Origin: Lingula anatina
Lineage: Eukaryota > Animalia > Brachiopoda
DNA length: 64,000 bases
Reading direction: 5' to 3'
NCBI GenBank assembly: GCA_051362555.1
Contig: CM120644.1
Coordinates: 12,174,567-12,238,566, forward strand
Below the pieces are notes generated by a model, which ran no database searches, was not told where the DNA came from, and saw only the letters and a list, made by a program, of their open reading frames with translations. The number at the start of each line of letters is the position of its first letter. Within the stretch, counting starts at the first letter, position 1. Shown piece by piece: positions 24,637 to 36,500 of the stretch. Position numbers and translations under genes: made by a program.

Positions 24637-27600
24637 CCCTTTTTGATTAAAAAATTCGATGTAAAGTTCAAATGAAGAGAGCATTGCTCCCTCATCAAGG
24701 AAATTTCAACTGGTCATTACTGGATCTAGTATGAGATGACGTGAGGGGTGACGTATTTGTTACAAGGAGGTTATCACGTTCTGGAGGCCAGGCTGTTTGC
24801 ACAGGTACTAAGGACATGAAAGGAAGGGATAGGCTCCTATCACTTGATGACCCAATAAATTCTCTGGTTACTTAAACACTTCAATATTTTATACAAAGTT
24901 ATATACAGATATTATATTCTACCCCCCCCCCCCCCCACTCCTCCTCCTCCCTAAAAATTGTAGCATGTGAATTCACCATTCAAAACCAATCCATAAACTA
25001 TTGATAACATCATTGATATTCTGAAGATACATTTAAAAAAAGCCCATATTCCAAGCAGATCCATACACAGGAGAATTCCGTGAATGGCTAAAGAATATAT
25101 AGAGGTTATAAAGCAAGAGCATCTTGAGGCAGGGTACCTGGTAATCAAAGGCGTGGACTATACACGGATGACTAATCAAGTAGTGCCTCGTGTACAGATT
25201 GAGCTATAGCCCCAAAACAGGGCTTAACTTTTCGAGTAAAATTTATGTCCACTTTGACACAAGATAAATTCCTAATAGTCCATTTAAATGAAACTCTGTT
25301 TGACATAAAAATTGGGAGACATCCCTTATGTTCCAAATAAATTCTTTATTTTAGTGGACGACTATAGATTCATATTGAGGTTGACTAAATTCTGAGACTA
25401 AAGTCAAGAACAATTTTGAAGCTTTAGCTGTTTTGTGAAACTGGCCCCAGAAACTTGGTCTGTAGGATCCCAAAGGAGTTAAGAAAGGTTCGATAAAGTG
25501 AGTGAAGTACTGAACAAAGATAAGAGAAAAATAGGGATAGTACGAAAGAAAAAAACTACAGACGTTAGTCGAGTGCCAAAGAAAGACAAGAGGAAAAAGG
25601 TTTATGTTCTATATATAGAAAAGAAATGTATAAATAAAAACCCTTGAGGCTGTCAAAAAAATGAAATATCTCTAAAGTAACTCGTGGCTCAAGAGACTTC
25701 TTTAAAAAAATTGTAAAGGGCATGAGCCCTATGACATCTAAAGAAACTACTTCCAAACATATCTGTAGTAGTAAACATCCTCACTTTACTATAAATACCA
25801 ACATTTATCAAGAATACTTAAAAAACAATATCCAAAAATACACCTATACTCTAGAAACTCTTGTTCAACTTTCAACAGGCCACTGACTTGTGGTTTCTTG
25901 GAAGAAAACTTGCATGGTTGAAATGACCACAGCTGTATGTTATTTCTTGTCAGAGCCTTTGGATTCAGGTTATATTGAATGGAGACAGGTCATTCCATGG
26001 TGTCATGAAATAAAAACCGTGCAGCAGTTGTTCAATGACTGTATTTTCTAAGAATGGATCTTATAGGTGTGCATGAGTCAGGAGTGCTTCCAACTTGCTG
26101 TAGCATATAAAAAAAACTCACAGCCATGTCGAATTATCTTCAGTGGTGCTCTGAAGGAGAAGATGAGGATGTTAAGGTAATATGTTGTGGACAGGGGAAA
26201 GTGGATATAAATTCAAGGCCTCTGTCTAAAATAGAAAAGCAAAATCCCCAAAGTTGCTACAATCACGTTTAAGCACATGTTCAACCCAAATCCAAATCTG
26301 TTGTTTGTCTTGCTACAAATTCCATTATAAAGTTTAAAACACACCTACAGTCCAACCACATAGATTTTTTTTTTTTGAGAAATTAAAGTCAAAGCAAGGC
26401 CTTAATACAGAACATGACTGTACGACACATGCTACAGTGACATGACAAAACTGTAAACATTCTGTGTATGCATGTGTTACACGTGAAAATACAAGACTGC
26501 ACAGGCCCGTAGCCAGCAATTTCAAAAGGGGGGTTCTTTTTCTGAAAAAGTGGACCTTTTTCCATAAAAACTTCATTGCCTAGATCTTTCGAACCCCCCC
26601 AAAACCCCCTTGGCTACGGGCCTGCTGCACACACTGCATAATATTTAAACAACTTTCCCACCCACTTCCACATCCATCATTGGGAATGGCATCCAAGGGC
26701 AAAAAATTATTAAATGCGTGTACGTGTGTGTGTGTATTAAGACCCTTGCTTTCCTTCATCACATTTTTGCATCTTTCTGACAGAGAGGGGTCACACTAAG
26801 AAGCACAGATCTATCTTCAATGTAAATGTGCCTTTTGAAACTGCATGTATATACTCAAAATTATAAGCCAACAAGACTGCAATGACATGTTTATGTAGAG
26901 TCACACCAGAACTCCTTTTACCTTGAAAAAGTTTTTATTTTTTTTCAATATGTCAGCAAATGATAAAGCTTTTTCATCTTCTTGAGGCAACGTGAATCAT
27001 GCTAAACACCTGCCATATATCCTATACTGCATTAGTACCTGCTAATTAGCTTCGAAGAAACTTATAACCCTAAATTTCTAGGAAGCTTCTTTAAGGCGTT
27101 TATCAAATTTTCTACACACACAATTAGTTATCAAAATGGGTTAATCCAGGTTATCACTTTGCCTTAAAATTTTATAAAAATGTTTAAATGCAGAAAATTG
27201 CAGGGCATTTGCTAAATAACTGACATAATGTTTCTTTACATATTTTTGAAATGAAGGTATCTGAGTGTCAAAAGGCACTTAAATTTAAAAATCAACTTTC
27301 TATCTGTTCTGTATCATCCTTATGATGTTGAAGTTAGACTTCATGATGACTTCAGTTGCTTATTATGCACCAAGTTATTTGGAAATCAAAAACACATGGG
27401 ATTTGGTCACAAAATTTGATCTTTCTTATCTTGAAATTGAACTGAATAAATGTTTCTGTTTTTCAACTTTGACCCGTTAAGATACTTGGCTGCTTATGGT
27501 AAGTCTTAAATTCTTAAAATTAGAACAATTCTATTGAGTTGTAGCAACAAACTTGGAAAACTGGCTGCCCTATAGTACTATTCTATACCGCCAAAGCACC

Positions 27601-30292
27601 AAAAGTAGTATACATAATAATACAATACAATTTAAAAGATTCCAAAATATTGTTTTTGAAATATTGAAATAATTTCCCCACTGAAAAGAACCAGTCATTA
27701 CCATACTGGAAGATTGGTCAGTTAAATCATTTGATAACATATATATCTTCTCCAATTTGTCCATGATGGCTCTAAATCAAAAATAAATTTTCTCAAGAAA
27801 ACCTAATATTGACACCAATGGCTTATGTTAGATTTATGTCATTGTGCTTCATTTTAATGATTTAAACCTCACTGTCACAAATATTACACAAATATTATAT
27901 AATTCAACATTGAAAAGAGGTCTATAAATTATTACACAACATGCTGCTAGTACACGAGTTAACTCTAATGTTTGACATAAACATGCACGTTTTGTTTAAC
28001 ATCAGCGCATACTTTTTCAAAATAACTTAGCTGCTTACTTAACCCTAGCTGTTTATTTTTACCTAAGTGGAATGTAATGGGAATCATCATAATTTGTTGC
28101 ATTTCATGTAAGGATTACACTGGGAAAAATTATGACACTCAGTGGAAATGGAGATCAATTCCCACAGTGCCTCTGCTTTTCCTACATTATCAGCTGACCC
28201 TTAAACTTGTTTTTTTTTCTGTTGGTATTAATTTCCCATAGGTAAATTAATGACTATGAGCACCGATGAAGTAAGTTAATTAAAGTGACAGCTCATATTG
28301 CCTAAGATGCAGGTGTTTCTACACCTATACACCCTTGATCCCCACCTGTCAAAATTCTCATTAAAACAATAACATTAATAAGGTGACAGTAATGAAAAAT
28401 TTACTTCTCACCAGGAGCTTTTTGATATAACACTCCCACATCATCTGTGATAATATGTCATAACAGATATATTCAGAATTGATATTTACATAACAGAAAG
28501 GGACACACTGGGGACGTCAGATATCACTATGGAGGGGGTGGAGAGTACTCAGGCATATAAAATTTTTCATTAGGCTAAGTATGTTAGCATGTAATATCTT
28601 CGCTGTGAAAGCATTTTCTGACCCAGATGATACCTATTTCCCCAGAATACCATATGATTTTCATCTTACAGTGCCTGTAAACTGTAAGTAACTGTTTGGT
28701 ACTTACCTCCATGTATAATGGAGGTGGGTAGAACACCATGGAGATTAGATGTACTCCTTTTGGTGAGCTAATCGCTATACAGAAAGGAACTGACACATCC
28801 TGATTGAATGAAAAAGTGCCAAAATGAAATTAAAGCTGTGTCAAGAGGCCCCAATGCTCCTTTAGCTCTCTCACCCTCCCCCCTCCCCAAAAAAACAAAA
28901 AACTATTGTACCGACTGAGTTGACTGACCTGAATCATAGCGCTCAGTCTTAATGAAATGGTTCTATTAGATCAATCCAACTCTACGGGACTCTCGCTGAA
29001 TACAATCAGGACAACAGATTAACCATCCTCCTTTTGTTTCTAACATGTACTTGCATAATAACCAGCTTTTATTTCTGTATTCTGATCAATGCCAGGAGGA
29101 GGCGTGTTAATCTGATTGCATTCAGCAAAAGTCCCCGAAGAGTTGAATTGATCTATGTAGAACAATAGTTTTATTGGGAAAAAACCCATAGTCACCATCA
29201 CAATGGCTCATCAGAAGTGAAGTGGAGGAAAATGTATGAGGAGAAACACTAGTTAAAATATACCTGTAGTGTCATCGGATTTAAAGGTTGGCTGGGAGAA
29301 AAAATGTAACACTGGAAAAAAACAGCAGTAAATCTTGACAGCTGTAAATTTGTGGAAACCAAGCGGAAAAGGCAGTAAGGCTTAAACTTATGTGTGGAAG
29401 TTGGCAAGCCCAATAATTAACACTTTTTATCCCTAGGTAAACTGTTAATATCCGAGAGAAAACACCTCATTATTGCAAAACAGTAAAACAAGGTAATATA
29501 GTAGCAACCTGACTGACTGGCTAACTGCTACACTTATTTGACTGTATCTATACTAGTATTCTTTCCTTTTTAAAGAGCCTGTACATATTTTATAATCATC
29601 TAGAATTCATTTTTCTTCTCATTACTGCAAAATTATCAATGTTATCATTTTGACTCAAAACCCAACAAGGCTATCTAATAATCATCTCCTTCATTAACTG
29701 AAACATAACATGTTTCACTTGCACTCCAAGAAAACATGACATTGTACAGAAATAGGCATATATATAAAAACTGTCAGTAATATGTTTTCCAATTTCCATT
29801 TATTAGCCAATGAATTAATGTAGCAAAAATTGGCATTGGAAGAACTGAACAGAAATGACTTAATTAATTGGAGTTAAGCTAAAGTAAGTATACCCACTCT
29901 GATAAGGGACAGCACTCTGTTTCTTGCCTCTAATTCTTCCACTCCAAGAAATATATACATTGTAACAAGAAGAAAAAAAAGGCATTTTCCATACAGTCAC
30001 TGTAAAGGGAGGCAGACCACTCTATTGCCATCTAATCAAATCAGACATTTGAAGTAATAATTGATTTTATAATTTAAATGTTTTTTTATTGTTACAGTAC
30101 AAATCAATTCATTTCCTGTGTAATACAAGTGCATTGATTTTAAAGTCCATGGAAGTCTATATTTGCCCAGGCAAACTGCCTAGAATTAATATAATTTATC
30201 AGAGAACTAAACTGTGGTTTCTACCAAATACGAAGAGGTTTTCATAATACTTTGTATTTCGCATGCGTATATCGCTTTTACCGATGTTTTAT

Positions 30293-30323
<31 letters not shown>

Positions 30324-30661
30324 CAATCAGTCAACGTTCCTCTAATTCTGTAGCGTAGACTACAAGGCTGAAAACTAAATAACAAAAAAGAAAAACAAGC
30401 AAATCACATCAAAACATTAAACAGTTAACGCTATCTGAGTCAGAACATAACTGCCCAGGAACTCCAGTATAAATAATTACAGCGACAAACCCATAAGCGT
30501 CGTGCGTTGTTTTTAACCGCAACGCGCAACAACCTGTGAGTCTTGGTGTTAGGCTTACCGTACACAAGACCGGCAACTCCACGAACGCTCGCGCCTGCAG
30601 TTAACCAGCACAGCGTCGCCACTGCCACCACCACCACACTCAAACCGCGACTAGTTACCAT
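5259..30661 (-). CDS. PTPRN2: Receptor-type tyrosine-protein phosphatase-like N/N2 (IA-2/phogrin) gene, 5' exons only; continues off the left edge of the window
   Basis: Exons are 30559-30661, 14099-14149, 10697-11446, ~6500-6709 and 5259-5321, with GT-AG sites all in phase 1. The spliced N-terminus is signal peptide + LVYGCRFEISLCDFDEKCIDDLVFGYC...LEREIRHLIHYGYTWDDPYTQCIL. This matches the Cys-rich RESP18-homology domain of IA-2/phogrin (GCL...LC...E.C..DG.FG.C ... G.TW.DD.TQ). It is presumably the single invertebrate co-orthologue of PTPRN and PTPRN2. Confidence 0.85.
5565..5779 (-). mobile_element. PIF/Harbinger-type MITE, 215 bp, inverted copy of 1789-2003
   Basis: Reverse complement of 1789-2003 with scattered substitutions; TAA on both flanks. 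Confidence 0.8.
6140..6430. repeat. Degenerate ~105-bp minisatellite with poly-C and CA tracts
   Basis: GTGA(C/T)GAAAACT...CAGG...ACACACAC recurs near 6151, 6262 and 6361. Confidence 0.5.
6500..6709 (-). CDS. PTPRN2: IA-2/phogrin exon 4 (acidic ectodomain; donor uncertain, 6500 or 6575)
   Basis: Strong acceptor tctcttttacag, then an open acidic frame ELPWQQVRSEDKSDELPWEPD.... Both candidate donors (GTGAGA after 6575, GTGATC after 6500) keep phase 1. Confidence 0.7.
6741..6841. repeat. Two-copy 51-bp tandem duplication
   Basis: GCAAATTGAA(G/C)TGCCT(T/C)TAGAGGGTTTTTTGTTTCTATTTCTG occurs twice in tandem. Confidence 0.85.
7531..8143. mobile_element. Non-autonomous DNA transposon with TAG...CTA ends (Academ-like)
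   Basis: 25-bp TIRs TAGACTTGCCCTTCAAGAAATCGAC / GTCGATTTCTTGAAGGGCGAGTCTA (1 mismatch) and repeated subterminal motifs. No clear TSD, so the superfamily call is tentative. Confidence 0.65.
8321..8487. mobile_element. MITE with CAGGGGCGGA TIRs and 5-bp TSD (hAT5-like)
   Basis: TACCC|CAGGGGCGGA...TCCGCCCCTG|TACCC. A decayed sister copy lies at ~9121-9265. Confidence 0.85.
8526..8675. mobile_element. Decayed CAGGCCCGTAGCCAG-family MITE
   Basis: CAGGCCCTTTGCCAGCAATTTCAAAAGGGGGTTCTTTTTC matches the 26502 copy; flanks are TTAAG/CTAAG. Confidence 0.65.
10064..10212. mobile_element. CAGGCCCGTAGCCAG-family MITE with 5-bp TSD
   Basis: TAAAT|CAGACCCATAGCTAG...CTGGCTACGGGCCTG|TAAAT. Confidence 0.8.
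10697..11446 (-). CDS. PTPRN2: IA-2/phogrin exon 3 (750 nt): RESP18-homology domain + acidic Tyr-rich pro-region
   Basis: Lies inside ORF 10575-11444. Acceptor ttttcttcag at 11447-11449, GTAAGT donor at 10696. Encodes DLVFGYC and GYTWDDPYTQ. Confidence 0.85.
14099..14149 (-). CDS. PTPRN2: IA-2/phogrin exon 2 (51 nt, GCRFEISLCDFDEKCID)
   Basis: tctttttttacag acceptor and GTAAGT donor; supplies three of the four N-terminal cysteines. Confidence 0.85.
17063..18999. repeat. Near-perfect tandem duplication, 970-bp period (17063-18029 / 18033-18999)
   Basis: The copies read identically by eye except G17257 vs A18227; the junction lies in an A-run. Confidence 0.95.
21536..22265 (+). mobile_element. 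Helenus-like TRIM remnant: PBS, short internal region, PPT and tRNA-containing LTR; interrupted by a MITE
   Basis: PBS-like TGGTGGCAGTGGT at 21536, PPT GGGGGCAGAGGAG at 22132-22144, and a 121-bp LTR TGTAGTG...CACTACA at 22145-22265 containing tRNA-like GGGCTCAATAGCTCATCGGTAGAG. No 5' LTR is recognisable. Confidence 0.65.
21552..22097. mobile_element. Foldback MITE, 546 bp, ~155-bp TIRs
   Basis: GAGCGCATTCTCAACGAATTAAGCCAGGC...GCCTGGCTTAATTCGTTGAGAATGCGCTC. The arms are nearly perfect apart from a short duplication in the left arm; ATA on both flanks. Confidence 0.9.
24588..24635. repeat. (TA)n microsatellite
   Basis: Pure TA run. Confidence 0.95.
26502..26624. mobile_element. CAGGCCCGTAGCCAG-family MITE with 5-bp TSD (hAT5-like)
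   Basis: CTGCA|CAGGCCCGTAGCCA...TGGCTACGGGCCTG|CTGCA. Confidence 0.85.
28960..29163. mobile_element. Decayed foldback MITE sharing its core with 2477-2620
   Basis: The CTCGCTGAAT...AGGAGGAGGCGTGTTA...ATCTGATTGCATTCAGC core is shared with the 2419 element, but the outer inverted arms differ. Confidence 0.6.
30559..30661 (-). CDS. PTPRN2: IA-2/phogrin exon 1 (signal peptide MVTSRGLSVVVVAVATLCWLTAGASVRGVAGLVY)
   Basis: ATG in aaaATGG context, hydrophobic core, GTAAGC donor in phase 1 that joins in frame to exon 2. Confidence 0.8.
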
Positions 30662-30759
30662 TTTGTTTATCACTAAGCCATGTCTTCGAATTTGTCATCT
30701 AACGGCTACAACCAGAAATTATTACGGAGAGAATCGCTTGTGTCTTGACAATGTTGATT

Positions 30760-30975
30760 TCAATATGGCGGGGATTCAGCCAATTCAATATTCATGAGCT
30801 GGATAGGGCATTATCTCCGAGTTAGGTTATGTTAATGTTGTTGACGTCATACTTCGTCAGCCGTTGCTGCCCTCCCAGAGTTTTCTCAGTGACGGCGGAG
30901 TATAAATCGATGAATAAGTCTTTAGAAAAACTGAGTGAATGCTGACGCCGAGAGACTTGTCCCACGCATTGACGC
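30760..30975 (-). promoter_or_regulatory. Putative IA-2 promoter: CpG-richer region with a full CRE and several half-sites
   Basis: TGACGTCA at 30842-30849, TGACG/CGTCA half-sites near 30855, 30890, 30943 and 30970, CCAAT at 30781, YY1-like AATATGGCGG near 30762. Confidence 0.4.
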
Positions 30976-31252
30976 AAAGGGAATCTTGGATTTGTCAATG
31001 GGATGTTTACCGTTCTAACTTTGTCCTCGAACATTGTGCTTAGGCTATTGGTTTTTTTTTTCACGGTCTCAACCTACTCGCACATGTGTATCGTTTTTGA
31101 ATATCGTAAGTGTTATAGCGGGGCAGCTGTATTTAATTAAAGGTGCGGTTGTAAATGCTATTCAATGATTTATATGTTCATTTTTTATCTAGTTACACAT
31201 CTAATTGTTTGTGAGTATTCTATTTATTTATTTTTGTGTAACAGAAACGTTT

Positions 31253-31283
<31 letters not shown>

Positions 31284-31533
31284 TTTCCAAAGTTGATTGA
31301 GCACATGCATGTGGGAAGGGGGCGGCCGCGAGAAAGTAATGAACATAATCGAGAAAAAAGGAAAAAATAAATAGAACGATTAAATGGAATGCATTTCACG
31401 GTGCAAACGCGATACCACTTATTCCCGAATAGAAAACAAAATAATGAAGACAATAATAACAATAAAAATAGCAGAGACTATTTTTCAGTCTTCCTTTGAT
31501 TAAACCATGACAACGCGTACGGCTTCGTTTTGG

Positions 31534-31536
<3 letters not shown>

Positions 31537-31610
<74 letters not shown>
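31537..31610. repeat. (AT)n microsatellite
   Basis: Pure AT run. Confidence 0.95.
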
Positions 31611-31612
<2 letters not shown>

Positions 31613-32631
31613 CACCATTATCCTACTAGTGCGTCCACTTTTATCAGTTTCTGGACATCATTGATCTTCCTTTAGACATAATAACGTTATTTTGTCCAAG
31701 ATTTCCCCAAGTTACGCCTCTGGGAGCTAAAGAGCAGGTAAAAACCGTATCTAGGGATAGGTTTTAAAATGCGATTAAGGCTAAATCCGTCGTAGCTTAC
31801 ATGGAAGGTATAATAATCTAAAGACATGCAAAACGATCAATTTTTGGAACCGTTTTCGTGAATTTTATATGCGACCTTTCCAAGAGTGCACGTAGGGAAT
31901 AATGTGTCACGTCCATTTATTAAAATAATGATTCACGTTACGTTTATCAAATATTTTGCATTTATTGTAAATTCACATTCACCATAAGTGCAAATTTCTC
32001 TCTCTCTCTTTTATCTATCTCTCACACGCGTGTGCACACGCAAGCATGCACACACATTCACTTGGTAAAGGTGATCAAACACTTTAAACAATTATTTGGT
32101 AAGACGAATGAAGTTAAACTGCGTGTCTGTCAATCGGCTTTAGGTAAAATTACTCACGCTGTCAATTTTTTTTTTTCATAACAACTTTTTAACCAAATAT
32201 CTATGAGAGAGGTTGTTATAATATCTCCTTCATTTTTATTAAGAAAGGTCTACAATGATGATAAGCTGAACAAAAACTCTGCCCTTCTTTCTTTCTTTTT
32301 AGGTAATTCCGAACCGGCTATTTTTTTTTTTTTTTTTTTTTTAATTTAAAAATTTTTTTCAACTGTATCTGTCAGGTGTAACGGACTGGCGAACAGAGAC
32401 AGCCATCATAACATGACGGCGATTGCAACAGTTGAGATTACACCGCAATTGCCTCAGATGAGCTCTACTTACTTTTGGTTGCGATAACGCTGGAAGAATA
32501 AGTAGAATGAGGGTTGGATTGCCAAATTCCAATAAACAACCTAAAGTAAAAACTTGCCTTAACTCGCTGGATAAAACACGGGGTAATGTAAGTAAGATAA
32601 ATATTTTCATGGAAAGACACAGGTGACTTAA

Positions 32632-32705
32632 AGAGATAGCAACTGTTCATTTTGGCCAAAAAATGAATTTTCCTGGGGTAAATGGCCAATTTTCCCATAC
32701 TTACC
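32632..32705. mobile_element. Isolated end of a TTAA-flanked (Kolobok-type) MITE
   Basis: TTAA|AGAGATAGCAACTGTTCATTTTGGCCAAAAAATGAATTTTCCTGG matches the reverse complement of 46790-46855. Confidence 0.55.
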
Positions 32706-33562
32706 AATGTTTAATGAATCCATTTCGACATTCATAGTTAGTCCTTGTTTTGTTTTTTCTGAAATATCCCAAAATAGAATCTTCTATCATTTTTCCGAAT
32801 TATTATTATTTTTACTATTTTGTAAAATACTTATTACAGAAAGACATATTTTACTGAAATTACAGAGATCAAAACGAAAAATAAAACGCTTTATTTTTAC
32901 AATGAAATAAATGCACGCAAAACATGCAATCTGAACATTAATGAATACATAGCTGCTTGTAGTAATTAGGCAACAATTTTACTTGTTCTATTCTTATTCT
33001 TATTCTGAGCAAGTTCCACGTAAACAGGTTTAATTTTAAAGTTTTTTTCTTTTTTTAATATTTCATAACTCCAAAAGAAATAAGTACCATTTAATAATTA
33101 TCTCACTCACTCACCGTCACACAAACCAACACTTAGAGATTTACAGTATTCCTGTTTCACTTTTAAGTTCTTTAAGGAAGATGGTTAAATGATAGAGAAT
33201 AGAAACTATCTAAAGAACACGAAACATCAAGATATGGCAACGGTACATGTAAGTCGCCAATTTCAAATTGTATTCCTAAACGAAAAGCTAATGTGAAACA
33301 TTTCCAAACAAGCGGAACTCGACTACAATTGTCGAATTTTTTCTTGCTGAATCTTGTCTTCTCACAAGTCGAATTCCAGCACGGATTATAAAAGACCGTT
33401 GGTCTTTGAACATCAAAAAGGCAGCTATGACCTTTGAAAAATATTTCCCATTCAGTGGTGATGAGATTCCACGATTTGAGTAAAGATTGAATCCCTGACA
33501 TCTCTCAAATAAGACTCTTCCTCACCAAGCCTGATAACGCACTATCAAAGAGTGCTCCTTTT

Positions 33563-36500
33563 CTAATTGTTACGCCGAACCTTCATAGTCGCGGACTGCA
33601 ACAAACATCCTCTATCGCAGTTATTTCCAGTGATAGCGGCAAATTTCATGTAGTACACTTGACCTGCGTCAGCGTCACAGTCAGGATAATTGCCGGTTAG
33701 TGTCCATCTTGCACAATGGGCGTACCACCACCCAGCGTCTAGAATATAAATACAAATATTAGAGAATGTACATGGGCATTTCTATATGTTTGCATCTGTT
33801 TGTGGAGTGATCGAGTGATGGTCTAGAGGCATCAGAGAGAGGAAAACCATTTAAATGTAAATTCAAGCACAATAAAAACACGAAAGCAGACAGGCGAAAC
33901 TGAAGCACAGAAAGAAATATCACCCAAAAAGTTGATCCACGGCAGGTGTCCAAAAAATGGGAATAGCAGAATCGAACGAAAGTTGCAAACGCCTCAGAAC
34001 AGTTTAATAGAGTTGATAAAAGAAGCTAGAAACACTTGGTACATGTGCACAGACACAGATAATCATAGAAATAAACAGTGTTTAGTAGATAAACCCCCTT
34101 TTACAAGAAGAACATACATGTAGGCAGAAGAATTAGGAACACTGAGCACTGGAGCCTAGGCCCTGTCATTTACCACCATTAAAGACGTACCTACCGAAAT
34201 GGGAAACACAGTCACTATCATCAGTATCTCTGGTCTTGAATTCCCAACCAACAATTTCTGTAAGGAATGCATCGCTAGAAGTGTTGTACGACTCAACCCC
34301 AATAGCAGCAACCCCATATTTCTGGCTCTCATCTTGGATTCGAAACAGGTTCCATCTGACGTAGTAGTGGTTCCCATTGCAGGACAGCATGTCAATCTGC
34401 ATGGAGTAATCCCCCTGATTGGTTAACGCGTAGAGAGCCTCGTTTCCAATCCAAAACTGCTCACCTGGGTCACCGAAGCCATTTTTATATGCAGTCCAGG
34501 TTCTATCGAAAGACATCGTGCTGTCGTATCTCCTCATTACAACAACCCATCCGCTGTCACAATATACATTCTTCTCGCCAAAACCGTCTATGTAGACGGT
34601 AGCAAGACCAGCACCATCTGTAAAAATGAAGATATTTCCTTTAAACCGAATACGGTGGGTGATCATCAAAGCGAATAGTAACCATTAATGGTTTACCAAA
34701 AAGATTAGCGGGTACCTTTGAAAACGTGCCAACATGAAAACTTGAAATTATTACATCTTCAAAGAAAAAGGGCACAAACTTACCAACGTCATTGCAGTCT
34801 TTTTCTTTCTGAAAAAAAAAATCAACAAATGACGTGCTTTGCTGTAAACTCAACTTCCTGGATCCGATCTTTTTTACAAATCACCTTGGACAACCTGATT
34901 TTGGAACCTTTTTCACATGGTTTGAACCAGTTTTAGTTTTAAATGTGGCCGCCATACAGAAACACTATATAAAAAGTAAGCTTGCCTTTACATCGTTAAT
35001 TTCACTAAACACAGCTTCGTTCGAAAATTTAAAGTCTTAATCCTGTTACGTTTGTTACGATGGGAAATTTCAAAAGATATGGGGATTTCTTTCGCTGGGT
35101 CTGTATGTTGTGTATAGGAAGGCAGCCGTACACATTAATTCTTCTGCTTGATCAATATGAAAGGTACTGGGTATATCTAATAGACGGGTACGACACGGCC
35201 ATATTGTTCTGAACTGCCATTCTGTAGGATTTTACAAGATGGACATACAGACATACAAATACCACTTAAGGACGCTCTCTCATATTTCAGATTTCATATT
35301 TCTGCCCTAGCGATTTTGATTAAAATTGTAAGACAAAATCTTCTTACCATATGAGTAAAAAATATGAAAAAAAAATTGGGGGTCACCACGCTCGTTTTCG
35401 AGAGGTGGCGTCCCGAAAAACGCTACGTTTATTACATTGCGTTATATGGGGATTTTGCCAAAATGCCCTTAATTTTGCTGAAAAATGCAAAAATAAAAAA
35501 ATTCTGCCCTAGCGATTTTAATTTTATGTGGATATGTTATAGATCTTGGTAGACCTCAAAGAAATTTACAAAAAAATATGTACCACACCATGCTTGTTTT
35601 TGAGCCAGGGCTGCTTGAACATCGATTTTTATCAAATTTACATAGGAATCAATGGAAATTTCCAAGCAAATTTAAATAAATGTGTTTTGTATCGTGGGTT
35701 TTTTAACTCATACATTTATTTTGCTTCCATGAAAATTATATTTATACTTCTCTGCATCAGCTAACCAAATTTCATAAAGTTTGCTTATCCCATTCATAAT
35801 AAATAGATATTAATATGTTGAAAGTATCAGTTGGATTTCAGTATGCCTCATGGAATGCCGCCATATTGGATTTTTCATAGGCTGGACCTACAAGCACATG
35901 TATCAATCTCTTGTGACTTTTATCTTCCTATTCCTTTTTTCTTACTGTTTTATACATTTTAAAGATAGCTTGATAGATTGTTTGCTTTGTATATTTTAAT
36001 ATACATTGTTTAAACAATGTATCAATTTCTTACTACTGGTACGTTACATGTAGCCATATTTCTTGACAAACGTACTTTGGAAACTAGGTGGCAAAAAAGT
36101 TAGAATATTCGTCTAAAGACATCTTTTGGTTATCAGTTTATTTCGATTTCATATTATATTTACAACATGAAATCAAATAAATATATATAATAAATATACA
36201 TACATTTTTAAAATTTAGGCATTAAAGACATCCTACATGCATTTTTCTTATTACTTTATACATTCTGTTACTCTTTTTTGTGTTTAGATTAATTCTACAT
36301 ATAGAAGACAATAAAGACCATCTAGACCTCTTTGAAATGACATGTGCAAATGCTGATATATTAACCACGACATCTTGATTTTTCCCCTAAACATGAAGAA
36401 ATTATTATTATAAACTAGGTATTATGTAGAATTTGCTAAAGGTTGAACACAGGATTTTGTTAATTGAATGGGAGGAAATAAAAAATCAAATAACAGGGAT

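Noticed and set aside
1-30661. miR-153, known to be hosted in vertebrate IA-2 introns
   Set aside because: The mature sequence was not seen by eye on either strand, and the expected host intron is near the 3' end of the gene, outside this window.
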